Assembly: GCA_012522765.1 (NCBI GenBank)
Contig: JAAYJW010000312.1
Location: forward strand, 2,753 to 66,752
Reading direction: 5' to 3'
Source: a candidate division WS1 bacterium
Lineage (GTDB): Bacteria > Armatimonadota > Zipacnadia > Zipacnadales > UBA5352
Length of the DNA stretch: 64,000 bases
The first letter of the stretch is position 1, and each line of letters opens with the position of its first letter. The translations under genes were made by a program, and so were the position numbers. A model generated the notes under the pieces. The model searched no databases and was not told the origin of the DNA. It saw only the letters and a list, made by a program, of their open reading frames with translations. Positions 9,466 to 19,161 of this stretch are shown here, piece by piece.

Positions 9466-9666
9466 CTACTCGTCAGCCGGCTTGTCCTCTTTGGTGGCGC
9501 TGAACTCGTCCGCCGGCGGGCATTTGCCTCCGGACGCGAACGGGCAGCCAGCCGCACTGACGCAGGAGCCGCAACCTCCCGTCCGTTTCCCGGCGACGGC
9601 ACGCCAGATCAACCATCCCGCCGCGGCCGCGACAATGACCCCCACGACGATCGTCTCAAGCATCAT
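9466..9666 (-). CDS. FeoB-associated Cys-rich membrane protein
   Basis: MLETIVVGVIVAAAAGWLIWR followed by GGCGSC...AGCPF, matching the small FeoB-associated Cys-rich family. Confidence 0.55.
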   Translation of the reverse strand: MMLETIVVGVIVAAAAGWLIWRAVAGKRTGGCGSCVSAAGCPFASGGKCPPADEFSATKEDKPADE

Positions 9667-9698
9667 TCACCGCTCCGGTTCGCCACATCGCAACGCTC

Positions 9699-9875
9699 CT
9701 ACACCAGCGGCTTTTTGCCGCGCGGGTGTTCGATGTTGAGGTAGAACGCCGCCACCACGCCGGGCAGCCAGCCCACGAGCGACAGCGCCGTCACGATCAG
9801 CACTGTGCCACAACCGTAGTCAAGCACCGCCAGCGGCGGGAAGATCAGGGCGAGCACGGCTCGTCCAAAGCTCAT
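9699..9875 (-). CDS. Pmp3/YqaE (UPF0057) proteolipid membrane protein, absent from the ORF track
   Basis: My own translation: MSFGRAVLALIFPPLAVLDYGCGTVLIVTALSLVGWLPGVVAAFYLNIEHPRGKKPLV. This matches the Pmp3 consensus (LPPLGV...LLT.LGWIPGVIHAFYI). RBS GAGGAGAG upstream. Confidence 0.7.
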   Translation of the reverse strand: MSFGRAVLALIFPPLAVLDYGCGTVLIVTALSLVGWLPGVVAAFYLNIEHPRGKKPLV

Positions 9876-9969
9876 CTGCCATCTCTCCTCTGGGCCCCGC
9901 GTGTGCAGAGGCCCCGCTCAGTAAGTCACCACAGATGCCCTTCACCATCAGCGCGCCTGACTCCTGTCG

Positions 9970-12804
9970 CTACCGGCGCGCCATGCCCGCAACCGATAGC
10001 GTCGCCGGCGCATCCGTGCCGCGCAGTGTCACTGACGCGATCGCATCATCCGGCCGCGGGTTGCGCCACTGCATCGCGTAGAGGTGCAGGCCCTCGGCCT
10101 CGCAGGTCATCGGATGCACGCCGATCGAGTTGTAGACGATCGGCGCATTGCACCAGCCATCCTCCGGATCGCGCAACTCCATCGAGTAACGCACCGGAAT
10201 CGTCTCCGTCGCACCCGACGCGTATGTCACCACATACTCGCCGATTGGGACGCCATCCCAGTGTTCGCTAACCTTCAGCGCCTCGACCAGCGCCTCCCGG
10301 TCGAGCAGGCGCGTGGCATGCAGGAAGTAGAGCGCTTCGGCCTGCTCACCGACTGCCAGTGTGGCCTCCTCGCCGCCTGCGAGGCTGATGGCGCCATTGA
10401 CGTCGAAGGCGAGATGACCGTAGTTCACGGGGCCATCTGGTAAACCATCAACGGGCGTAGCGGCGGGGAGCGCTATCTGCGTCAACTCTCCCGCCGCAAC
10501 CGGGCTGCTGCCGACCCGCCACTGAACCAGCGGGCGCTCGGCAAAGAACTCGGCGGTCAGCGGCGGCATCATGTCAAACATGTCGGTCCAGTGGTTCCAT
10601 GAGTATTCAGCGGCCTCAAGGAATGAGCCGTAGGCGTTACCTTCAAGGTTATCGGAAGTGCCCTCAACCAGCCACGGGACCTTATACCAGCAGCCGAACA
10701 TGTTGCCAACTACCAGTTGCTGCTCGGCCAGCGTCGCCCCGCGCGAGTTCGACTTGACGATTCGCTCGAAGCCCTGGTCGAGCAGCCACTTGTGCGAGTC
10801 GGGCATTACCCGCGTGGACCAGTTCGTGATGATGATATCCTTCGGCAGCCGATCAACCGTCTCCGCGAGGTTGTACGGCGGGCCGCCGTTATGGCCGGGG
10901 AGGATCATGTCCCCCCACATCATCGGCTCCATGCCCTGCTCGGCGATGAAGTCGCGCAACATCGTCACCCAGTCCACAAAGATGTCCTGCTTGCTCAGGC
11001 CAGCGCAGCGTGGGCAGCGCTGCTCCTCCGGAACGCTCTCGGTGTGCCAGCGGATCTCGTCCAGCCCGAGGTGGAAGTAGCGCGGTTGCACGAGATCAAT
11101 GATCTCCTGGTAGATCTCCTTCACGATCCGCTCCGCATCGGGATGGGACGTGCAGATCTCATGCACGTCGCCATCTTCGGCAAGGCCAAGGTCGCGGTAG
11201 GGGATGCAGAGCCAGTTCATGTGCCCCAGCGAGTTCATCAGCGGCACCGGCTCAACGCCCCATGAGCGGAGAGTGTCGAAGACGCGCTTTACTTCCTCCT
11301 TCGGCCATGCCGCGGGGCCGGAGACCTGCGGGTGCGTGTCGTACTGCATCGCCTGGTGGATGGTGATGACCGCCACGTTCATCTTCGTGTGCAGCATGGT
11401 CCTGCGGAGGAAGTCGATGAACAGGTCGGGATCGGCGGGCGCGTCATTGGGGTGACCCCAGCGGCCGCTTGGGAGCGCGAGCGATACCGCGCGGATCGGC
11501 AGATTCGGCCAGTCGATCACGTGCATCTCGGGGATCGCGCGCTCGCCGGTGAGGGCGAAGTGACTCTCTGCGGTCTGGATGATTGTCAGCGCACCGTTCC
11601 GCAGCCCCTCGGCGTCATTCGCGCGGATAGTGGCGCCGTCGGTACCCACGTCCAGCAGATAGCCGCCAGCGGGGAGGTCGTTCAGGCGCGCGAGGGCATC
11701 TGCGGGGGCGTCAGCACCGGCACCCAGTCTCACATGCAGCGGTCCGCCATCGCCCGGAACTGCGAAGCTGACGTTCGCCCCGGTAAGACCAAGCTCTTGC
11801 GGAAGAAGGTTCGTCGCCAGTTCTGCCTCCTCACCGGCGCCTTCGATGTCCAGCGTATTAGGCAACGCGAAAGCGCCCTCGCCCAGTTCGATCTCCTTCG
11901 GCGCTGGCAGCAGCGACAGGCGCGTCGGGTCCGGGAGGGGGCGGTTGGCAACAGCGTCGAAGGTCCAGGTGGCTGATGCCTCGTCCTGCCCGCGCGCAAC
12001 AGTCAAGCTCAGTGTAGCCGCGCCGCTCTCCACCGCGGCAGGACAAAGGAGCAGCGCGTCGCCTTCGGCAGCAGCGCCTGCAAACTGCTCATTGCTCTCG
12101 AACGCACCTCCAGGCAGCGTGAACTGCGCCCTCGCGCTCGCAGGCCCCGGCAGCAGCGGCGACGGATCAAAGCGCAGGCCGTAGCGCCCGTCGCCGAACT
12201 GCAGTAGCTCCGGCTCAACCGGCACTTCGCCCTCGCGCTTCGTCAGTGGCACCGGGCGCTGGTCAGCCTCTACGGCGATCTGATCCACCGAGTATTCATG
12301 ATCGCCTGAGTGGCCGATGTAAAGCCGGACGATGCGGCTCGCGTCCATGCGGAGGCCCTCGCGATTCCAGAACGCGGCGGTGGGGATAGCGAAGCGTCGC
12401 CACTCAGTGCTGTCCATCGGCAGGTTGTAGGAGAAGCTCTCGGTGATCTCCTCGCCCTCGCCACAGTTCACCCGCAGAGAGGCGCGCGTCGGTGTCCCAT
12501 CACCGCGGAACCAGAGGCTGATGACGCCCCACGTGTAGTCGCGCCACTCGCCGCCGGCCGGCACCCACGGGCCGATCGAGTTGCCACCACGCTCGACGCC
12601 TGCCACGAGCGAGTGCAGCGCACCGGATCCGAACTTCGGGTCATCGGCGAGACTGAGCGTAACGGTGCCGCCTCCGCCCCAGACGTTGACGGTCCAGTCG
12701 TCTATGCCGTCCTCAAAATCGAACAGCACATGCTGGAGCGGTCGCTGTGCGCACACCGTCGCGGTGAGCGTGAGCAGAAGGATGAGGATCGCGGTTATTC
12801 GCAT
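9970..12804 (-). CDS. Secreted GH20-like beta-N-acetylhexosaminidase family protein with extra N- and C-terminal domains
   Basis: Signal peptide MRITAILILLLTLTATVCAQ. GH20-like motifs IDWPNLPIRAVSL, FIDFLRRTMLHTKMNVAVITIH and YFHLGLDEI (versus HIGGDE). RBS GGAGG. Confidence 0.65.
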   Translation of the reverse strand: MRITAILILLLTLTATVCAQRPLQHVLFDFEDGIDDWTVNVWGGGGTVTLSLADDPKFGSGALHSLVAGVERGGNSIGPWVPAGGEWRDYTWGVISLWFRGDGTPTRASLRVNCGEGEEITESFSYNLPMDSTEWRRFAIPTAAFWNREGLRMDASRIVRLYIGHSGDHEYSVDQIAVEADQRPVPLTKREGEVPVEPELLQFGDGRYGLRFDPSPLLPGPASARAQFTLPGGAFESNEQFAGAAAEGDALLLCPAAVESGAATLSLTVARGQDEASATWTFDAVANRPLPDPTRLSLLPAPKEIELGEGAFALPNTLDIEGAGEEAELATNLLPQELGLTGANVSFAVPGDGGPLHVRLGAGADAPADALARLNDLPAGGYLLDVGTDGATIRANDAEGLRNGALTIIQTAESHFALTGERAIPEMHVIDWPNLPIRAVSLALPSGRWGHPNDAPADPDLFIDFLRRTMLHTKMNVAVITIHQAMQYDTHPQVSGPAAWPKEEVKRVFDTLRSWGVEPVPLMNSLGHMNWLCIPYRDLGLAEDGDVHEICTSHPDAERIVKEIYQEIIDLVQPRYFHLGLDEIRWHTESVPEEQRCPRCAGLSKQDIFVDWVTMLRDFIAEQGMEPMMWGDMILPGHNGGPPYNLAETVDRLPKDIIITNWSTRVMPDSHKWLLDQGFERIVKSNSRGATLAEQQLVVGNMFGCWYKVPWLVEGTSDNLEGNAYGSFLEAAEYSWNHWTDMFDMMPPLTAEFFAERPLVQWRVGSSPVAAGELTQIALPAATPVDGLPDGPVNYGHLAFDVNGAISLAGGEEATLAVGEQAEALYFLHATRLLDREALVEALKVSEHWDGVPIGEYVVTYASGATETIPVRYSMELRDPEDGWCNAPIVYNSIGVHPMTCEAEGLHLYAMQWRNPRPDDAIASVTLRGTDAPATLSVAGMARR

Positions 12805-12912
12805 CAATTAGCCTCCAGTTGCAGAAACGGGCAGGAATGTTGGCGCAGGCTGCGAACCTTGCGCCACTTCGTCATGGTCGCGTAATGCACCTTGGAGTGA
12901 GGGAGGATCATC

Positions 12913-13776
12913 ATGGAGGACTTTCGCGCCGCGGCAGTGCAGATGAATGCGCCGCTGGGCGAAGTTGAGGGGAACCTTGACCGGATCGAGGGGTGGACGC
13001 AGCGGGCGGCGTCGGAGGGCGCGCGGCTCATCTGCTTCCCGGAACTTGCGGTATCGGGCCACTGGTGCGACGGCGAGATCTGGGACGTCGCCGAGGAAGT
13101 ACCTGGCGGGCTGAGCTGCACGAGGCTCGAGCGGCTCGCGGAGGAACTAACTTGCTTCCTCTCGGTGGGCATAGCCGAGCTTGACGCGGGGCTCGTCTAC
13201 AACACGCAGATGATCATCGGCCCGCGCGGGCTGATCGGAAAGCAGCGGAAGCTGCACATGTCCGCGGATGAGTACTTCCACTTTCGCACCGGCGGAAGCA
13301 TCAACGTGATTGACGTGGGCTTCTGCCGCCTCGGCATCGGCATCTGCTACGATACAGTCTTCCCGGAGACCGCGCGCATAGCGGCGCTCAAGGGCGCCGA
13401 GGTGTATCTGGCGCCACATGCCGCCCGCTGCGGCCAGTGGACTGACGATGCCGACAGACAGCGGGAGAAGGTTGCGACGGTGAAGGATCACGCACGAATG
13501 ACCTTCCGTTCGCGGGCCTGCGACAACGGCATGTTCGTCATATATTGCAACCAAGCCGGTCCCGCAGGGCCTGAAACCAACCACTGCGGCGGCATACTCT
13601 TCGTTGATCCCTCCGGGGTTGTTCTGGCCGAGTCGGAGACTGATGTGATCGAGGACGACATGGTGATCTGCGACCTTGCCGCCGAACTCTACAATGCCCG
13701 GCGACGGGCGCGCTGCTTCAATCTCCAGACGCGCCGGCCGGAGATCTACGGCGAGATCTGCCGGATGAACGACTGA
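12913..13776 (+). CDS. Carbon-nitrogen hydrolase (nitrilase superfamily)
   Basis: E-K-C triad context: ICFPEL, RKLHM, GIGICYD. Confidence 0.85.
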   Translation: MEDFRAAAVQMNAPLGEVEGNLDRIEGWTQRAASEGARLICFPELAVSGHWCDGEIWDVAEEVPGGLSCTRLERLAEELTCFLSVGIAELDAGLVYNTQMIIGPRGLIGKQRKLHMSADEYFHFRTGGSINVIDVGFCRLGIGICYDTVFPETARIAALKGAEVYLAPHAARCGQWTDDADRQREKVATVKDHARMTFRSRACDNGMFVIYCNQAGPAGPETNHCGGILFVDPSGVVLAESETDVIEDDMVICDLAAELYNARRRARCFNLQTRRPEIYGEICRMND

Positions 13777-13881
13777 GGCGGGTCGGGCTCTTCGACTATG
13801 CCGAATGACGTCGCCTGCCGTTGGAGAGGCGGCCTCCGCGCCGACCTGTGCCATTGTACGCGCCGTTAACCGCGCCGACAG

Positions 13882-14568
13882 TCACTCCCCCAACCCCGGC
13901 AGGTAGCTCAGGTGCGTGCGGTCGTAGAACCAGAACGTGTTGGTGTACGGAGCCTCTGAGTTACGGAGCCGGTTGGCCTCAGCCTGGAGCTTCTCATCGG
14001 TCGTGTTCCAGAGTGTAAGCTGCGTGCGCTGAGTGGCCTGGGTGAGAGGGCGAACATGCGCCCAGTTGCGTACATCGAGCACGATATCGGGCTGGCGGTC
14101 CGCCACGCCCTTGTAGTAGAAGATGTAGGGCGTGCGCCACTGCTCGCCCAGTTCCATCGAGACCGGGTTGGCCGCCTGCCATACCGCCTCGATGGAGAGC
14201 GCGTGCGTGTTCAGGTGATCGCGGTGCATGTCGTGGGGACCGTGCGTGAAGACAACATCCGGCCTCACCTGCCGCACCACGCGGATGAACTCCTTGAAGG
14301 TGGCTTTGTCATTCGTCAGCCCCATGTCATCCGCGCCGATGCAGATACGCTCCCTGGTGCCGATGATCGCGTCAGCGTCCGCCTGCTCCTGTGCGCGCAG
14401 GGATACGATCTCGTCCTTCCACTCCTGCTTCGGGTAGCCCTCGGAGCCGTTGGTGCTTATGCAGATGTATACCTCCACGCCGCGCTCCGCCAGCATGGCC
14501 ATGGTCGGGGCCATCGTCAGTTCGTCATCTGGATGCGCTCCAAAGACCAGTATCCGGCTGTAGTCCAT
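13882..14568 (-). CDS. PIG-L/LmbE family N-acetylglucosaminyl deacetylase
   Basis: MDYSRILVFGAHPDDE motif. Internal ATG with RBS GGGAGAG. The track ORF extends to 14637. Confidence 0.75.
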   Translation of the reverse strand: MDYSRILVFGAHPDDELTMAPTMAMLAERGVEVYICISTNGSEGYPKQEWKDEIVSLRAQEQADADAIIGTRERICIGADDMGLTNDKATFKEFIRVVRQVRPDVVFTHGPHDMHRDHLNTHALSIEAVWQAANPVSMELGEQWRTPYIFYYKGVADRQPDIVLDVRNWAHVRPLTQATQRTQLTLWNTTDEKLQAEANRLRNSEAPYTNTFWFYDRTHLSYLPGLGE

Positions 14569-14803
14569 CGTTTGCTCTCCCGCCCTTTTTTTGATCCCAT
14601 AGTCGCCTCCGGTCTTCGCTGTCGGCATCACGTGCACCTCTGCAACTCACGCATGCGGATTTTTTACATCAATTATCTGATCAATGAGGTGCGGAAACAG
14701 CGGTCTTGTGATATGATGTTAGTGTTGCCTCAGCGATGCCGTCGTAACCTGGTCGTGATTCCCTGAGTAGTTGCACTTAATCAGCAAATCAGTTGGATAG
14801 AGG

Positions 14804-15742
14804 ATGCCGAGACTGGTAACCGATCCGGGGGTGGGGAGGTTTGCCAGACTATTGCTGGGGGGGGCCACAGGAGGGTACGGGGTGGTCAACGCTCTCACCA
14901 TTGACGTAGAGGAGTACTTCTGCTACGCCTACCCGGGCGACGAGTTTCCGTGCCAGAGGTGGGGCGAACTTGAGAGCCGAGTTGTTCCACAGACCCTCGA
15001 GACGCTTCGAATCCTGGAGACCCACGGTATCCGTGCCACCTTCTTCATTCTGGGCTGGGTGGCCCAGAGAGAGCCATACCTCGTGCGCGAGATACTTGAT
15101 CGCGGCCATGAGATCGGCAGCCACGGCTACAATCATCGTCTTGTCTTCACACAGAGCCCGCAGGACTTTCGCAGCGATCTGCAGCGTTCGGTAGATATCC
15201 TTGCAGACATAACCGGCGAGATGCCGGTTGGTTATCGCGCGCCATCGTTCTCCATCAACGGGACCTGCCTCTGGGCCCTCGATGTGGTGGCGGAGATGGG
15301 CTTCAGCTATGACTCCTCGATATATCCGCTGAACATCCGCCACTACGGCGTCCCCGGTATGCCGGCGGTCCCTCATGAGCTTGAATCGGGACTGTGGGAG
15401 TTCCCTGCGACCACCGTTCAGGTCGGCCCGGCCCGCATGCCCTTCGGCGGCGGGGGCTACCTGCGGCTCTATCCGTTCCTCGTCACTCGCTGGGCCACGC
15501 ACCGCGCCAACGCGGACGGTCACCCGGCCATGGTCTACCTGCATCCGTGGGAGCTTGATCCGGACCCACCGATGAGGCCGCGCAGTCGCCTGCATCGTTT
15601 CCAGCACACGGTGAACCTGTCGAAGACACGATCGAGGCTGCTCCACCTGTGCGCGGAGTTCGACTTCGCCCCGATGGGGCAGGTGCTCGGGCAGTTCCAG
15701 GCCGCTCGCGCGGTGCCGTTGGGCTTCGCCGCGGCCATGTAG
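14804..15742 (+). CDS. Polysaccharide deacetylase family protein (DUF3473-type)
   Basis: NALTIDVEEYF, ATFFILGW, SHGYNH motifs and a C-terminal DUF3473-like region. Confidence 0.75.
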   Translation: MPRLVTDPGVGRFARLLLGGATGGYGVVNALTIDVEEYFCYAYPGDEFPCQRWGELESRVVPQTLETLRILETHGIRATFFILGWVAQREPYLVREILDRGHEIGSHGYNHRLVFTQSPQDFRSDLQRSVDILADITGEMPVGYRAPSFSINGTCLWALDVVAEMGFSYDSSIYPLNIRHYGVPGMPAVPHELESGLWEFPATTVQVGPARMPFGGGGYLRLYPFLVTRWATHRANADGHPAMVYLHPWELDPDPPMRPRSRLHRFQHTVNLSKTRSRLLHLCAEFDFAPMGQVLGQFQAARAVPLGFAAAM

Positions 15743-15761
15743 CAGTTCCCCTCGTCGCAGA

Positions 15762-16649
15762 TCAAAAGACGTAGACGGGTGTGCCCACCGCGACCATGCC
15801 GAAGAGCACCTTCGCGTCGGCGTTGTGCTGTCGCACGCATCCATGCGAGGCAGGCCTGCCGAGGTATCGGTAGTAGGGGGCGCTGGTGGCATGGATGCCG
15901 TGGCTGCCGGATGCGGTTATCTGCAGCCAGTAGGGCATCGCGCAGTTATAGCGCCTGCTCCAGGCGCTGGTCTGCTTGCCGAAGACTTTCCCCATCGCGC
16001 CGCGCCTGCGATCGTAGCTGCCGGGGCGCATCGTGGGCGTCGTATAGCCCGGGGCGGCGGTTGATACCACGTGCATCCTGCGGACACGGCCGCCCTCGTA
16101 GTAGTAGAGCCTCTGCCGCTTCTTGATGATCCCGATTGCGTGTGCGGGTAGATCAGCCAGCTCCGCGGGGCGGAAGCGCACTCCGATCTCGTGGTCGGCA
16201 ATCTGCTCCCCGTCACGAGTGTATCCCGCGATCCGCAGCCGGAACGCATCCGTATCCATCCACGGCACCGTCCATGGCGCCTCGGTGAAGTTCGGGATCA
16301 TCTGGTTGTAGAGGATGTGGCCGTAGCTGCCTCGCGACTTGCCGGCCAGCGGGCATAGATCGTAGGAGTAGTAGAGGCGGACCTGCTCGATCGGGCCGGA
16401 CGATTCCCACCGGATCGTGATCTTTCGGCCTTCGCGAACCTCCGAATCGGGCGCGGGTTCGATGATGTTGAGGAACGCTTCTTCGACCGGCGCGACCGCG
16501 CTGGGATTGAGGACGTTCAGCCCGACGTCCGGTGGCTCTGGCTGCAGTGGCGCGGATGGCGCGTCGGGCACGAGTTCGGCGGCGACGGCGCTGCAGGTCA
16601 TCACTGTGACGGCTAGCACGATCAGTAGTCTGAAGCTCACCGTGGCCAC
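15762..16649 (-). CDS. L,D-transpeptidase (YkuD domain) with signal peptide
   Basis: SHGCVRQHNADAKVLF catalytic motif. N-terminal signal peptide. Confidence 0.7.
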   Translation of the reverse strand: MATVSFRLLIVLAVTVMTCSAVAAELVPDAPSAPLQPEPPDVGLNVLNPSAVAPVEEAFLNIIEPAPDSEVREGRKITIRWESSGPIEQVRLYYSYDLCPLAGKSRGSYGHILYNQMIPNFTEAPWTVPWMDTDAFRLRIAGYTRDGEQIADHEIGVRFRPAELADLPAHAIGIIKKRQRLYYYEGGRVRRMHVVSTAAPGYTTPTMRPGSYDRRRGAMGKVFGKQTSAWSRRYNCAMPYWLQITASGSHGIHATSAPYYRYLGRPASHGCVRQHNADAKVLFGMVAVGTPVYVF

Positions 16650-16762
16650 CAGCCCGGATGTGGTCGCGATCTGTGCGATCGCTCCCGGATTTTCCTGCGA
16701 TTCTGCTGTTCTACTGTCTCCCGCTGTAAAGTCGTTCGACGTGGTGAGGATTTCTCCTTCAT

Positions 16763-16792
16763 GAAGGGGGCCGCCAGGCGACGGCCCCCTTC
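16763..16792 (-). terminator. Hairpin downstream of the KDPG aldolase gene
   Basis: GAAGGGGGCCG-ccaggcga-CGGCCCCCTTC, an 11-bp perfect stem nested in the CCTTCATGAAGG palindrome. Confidence 0.4.
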
Positions 16793-16816
16793 ATCTTTCA
16801 GCTATTCAGTACTGGC

Positions 16817-17479
16817 TTAGCCGCCCGCCATCTCGGCGCGGGTCTGATCAATGACCTCGCGGAAGCGCCGCGCGGTGTCGGTCACCACGTCGAAGCGCCC
16901 CTCGGCGACGGCCTTGCTGTTCACCAGCGCGCCGCCCGCGCAGAGGGCAACCGCGCCGGCCTTGAGGAAGGCGGGGGTGGTGTCAATGTCCACGCCGCCG
17001 GTCGGCACGAGGCGGATCTGCGGCAGCGGGCCGAGGATCGCCTTGAAGTAGCCGGGGCCACCCACATCAGCGGGGAAGACCTTGACCATGTCCGCGCCCC
17101 AGTCCCACGCCTGCTTGATCTCAGTGGGGGTGAATGCGCCGGGCAGGACCGGCTTGTCGTAGCGGTGCGCCATCTCGATCATCGGGCGGTCGAGGCACGG
17201 TCCCACGACGAACTGCGCGCCCGACAGGATCGCCATGCGGCAGGTTTCGGCATCCAGCACCGAACCGACGCCGATGAGGACCTGGTCGCCGTATTTGTTC
17301 GCGACCTCCTCGATGACCGCGAGGGCGTTGGGCGTGGTCATCGTTACTTCGATGACGTCAATCCCGCCCTCCTTGATGGCATCGGCGACGTGCATGAGAT
17401 GGTCGCTGCTCTTCGCGCGGATAACCGCGGCCATCCCGCAGTCGGTGATCCACTTGATCGTGTCAAGGCGTGTTGGCAT
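16817..17479 (-). CDS. eda: 2-dehydro-3-deoxyphosphogluconate (KDPG)/4-hydroxy-2-oxoglutarate aldolase
   Basis: The DVIEVTMTTP...VGPC...PG region is characteristic of Eda-family aldolases. Confidence 0.8.
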   Translation of the reverse strand: MPTRLDTIKWITDCGMAAVIRAKSSDHLMHVADAIKEGGIDVIEVTMTTPNALAVIEEVANKYGDQVLIGVGSVLDAETCRMAILSGAQFVVGPCLDRPMIEMAHRYDKPVLPGAFTPTEIKQAWDWGADMVKVFPADVGGPGYFKAILGPLPQIRLVPTGGVDIDTTPAFLKAGAVALCAGGALVNSKAVAEGRFDVVTDTARRFREVIDQTRAEMAGG

Positions 17480-17534
17480 TTTCAGTCACTCTCCCTGGCT
17501 CTGAAGGAACTTCTGCACGGCACCTGCAGTGTGC

Positions 17535-18320
17535 CTATTCGCCGCGGGCGCAGCCAGACCTTGCATCTCGGTTGATCAGTTCGAGCAGATTACCGCCGGC
17601 GATGTCGCCGATCTCCTCGTCCGGCAGGTCCAGGCTGCAGACCTGCTTGAGCGCCTCGGCCGGGTCATTGTAGGGGTAGCCGGAGGCGAAGAGAATGCGC
17701 TTGTAGCCGATACGTTTGACGATGGACTCGTGCAACTCGCCGCAGGCGGTGTCGAAGCATATATGTGAGTAATCGGCCAGCGCGTTGAGCACCGCGGCCG
17801 TGCCGCCATTCATCGCGCCCATCTTCGGAATCACGAAGCAGATGTCGGGGTAGCGCGCGATCAGTTCCAGCGTCACCGGGAAGTGCTCGGTCAGCCAGAC
17901 CGGCATGCAGCGCTCATGCGCGGCGGCGAAAAGCCTCGCGAGATCCTCGCGGGATACAGCTTCCTCGAGGCGCTCGGGATCCCAGTGGGCGCTGCTGGCG
18001 GCGCCCCCGAAATCCAGCGATGGTGACAGGAAGCAGCGAAGCTGGATAGCGCGGTAGCGCTCGAAATTATCGGGGATCTCGATCGGCCCGTGGCGATAGC
18101 CGGAGAATGGGTTGCCACCGACGTAGAGCGCCGGGAAGGGGCCGTCTTTGCCCGCGAGATCAAGCGGAAGCGCGGTATCATCGCTCATCTGAGGGCTTTC
18201 GGGATGCGCCGATACCAGTGCAGTGTCGACACCTGCCCGCCGAAGGACCTCCTGCACGCGCGGCCACTGCGCGATGCTGCGGCTGACATGAACGCGCGCG
18301 TCAATAATCGGGATTGCCAT
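17535..18320 (-). CDS. Amidohydrolase-2 family metal-dependent hydrolase (TIM barrel)
   Basis: MAIPIIDARVHV start with RBS GGAGGAG. The track ORF extends to 18443. Confidence 0.6.
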   Translation of the reverse strand: MAIPIIDARVHVSRSIAQWPRVQEVLRRAGVDTALVSAHPESPQMSDDTALPLDLAGKDGPFPALYVGGNPFSGYRHGPIEIPDNFERYRAIQLRCFLSPSLDFGGAASSAHWDPERLEEAVSREDLARLFAAAHERCMPVWLTEHFPVTLELIARYPDICFVIPKMGAMNGGTAAVLNALADYSHICFDTACGELHESIVKRIGYKRILFASGYPYNDPAEALKQVCSLDLPDEEIGDIAGGNLLELINRDARSGCARGE

Positions 18321-18475
18321 GGGGGACTCCTCCACCACGAAAGTCGCTATGCCGTGTGAAGACAATACCCCATCAGGACGCCTGTAGCAAGCGCGGATCG
18401 GGGCCGGGATTGCCGCCGCGCAATCGTGCTGCCGAAATTGCATTCACCCCGCGAGTGTGGTACACTTCGGCCTCG

Positions 18476-19156
18476 TTGGCAGATCAGGATGAAGCTGGGG
18501 CGAAGGCTGTGGGAACAGGCGATTCACGGGCCGCCGGGCGCGGAGTGCTGCTTGTCGTCGCGGGCCCTTCGGGAGTAGGCAAGGGCACACTGATCGCGGG
18601 GCTGCGTGAGCGCCATCCGGGGATCGAGTGGTCGGTGTCATGCACCACGCGCGATCCGCGGCCGGGCGAGGCAGATGGCGAGCAGTACCACTTCGTCACC
18701 CGCGATGAGTTTCTGCGCATGGCGCGCGAGGGCGGGCTGCTGGAGTGGGCGGTGGTCCATGGCAGCGATCTCTACGGCACCCCGCGGGCACCGGTGGAGG
18801 AAGCGCTTGCTGCCGGGCGCGACATGGTCATCGAGATCGACTACCAGGGTGCGCGCAGCATGCGGCAGGCGCTGCCGGAGGCGGTGCTGGTCTTCGTTGC
18901 CCCGCCGAATGCGCAGGCGCTGCGCGACCGGCTCACCGGTCGCAACACCGAGTCGGAAGAGGCGCTGGCACGGCGCCTCCGCAGCGCACAGACCGAATTT
19001 TCGCACATGGGCATCTTTGAGTACCTTCTCGTGAATGATGACCTTGAGGCGGCTATCGGCGGCCTCGAGGCGATCTACCTTGCGGAGCGGCAGCGGCTGA
19101 GCCGGGCACACTGGCGCCGGCTGCAGGGCGAGTTGGTGGAGGACCTGGAGGGCTGA
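18476..19156 (+). CDS. gmk: Guanylate kinase
   Basis: GPSGVGKGT P-loop, CTTR and EIDYQGA motifs. The start is uncertain (TTG 18476 or GTG 18509). Confidence 0.8.
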   Translation: MADQDEAGAKAVGTGDSRAAGRGVLLVVAGPSGVGKGTLIAGLRERHPGIEWSVSCTTRDPRPGEADGEQYHFVTRDEFLRMAREGGLLEWAVVHGSDLYGTPRAPVEEALAAGRDMVIEIDYQGARSMRQALPEAVLVFVAPPNAQALRDRLTGRNTESEEALARRLRSAQTEFSHMGIFEYLLVNDDLEAAIGGLEAIYLAERQRLSRAHWRRLQGELVEDLEG

Positions 19157-19161
19157 GGCTC

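Noticed and set aside
9726-10271. 181-aa plus-strand ORF (MFDVEVERRHH...)
   Set aside because: Low-complexity R/H/P-rich translation. It is antisense to the well-supported Pmp3 gene and to the C-terminus of the GH20-like gene, so it is a typical high-GC spurious ORF.
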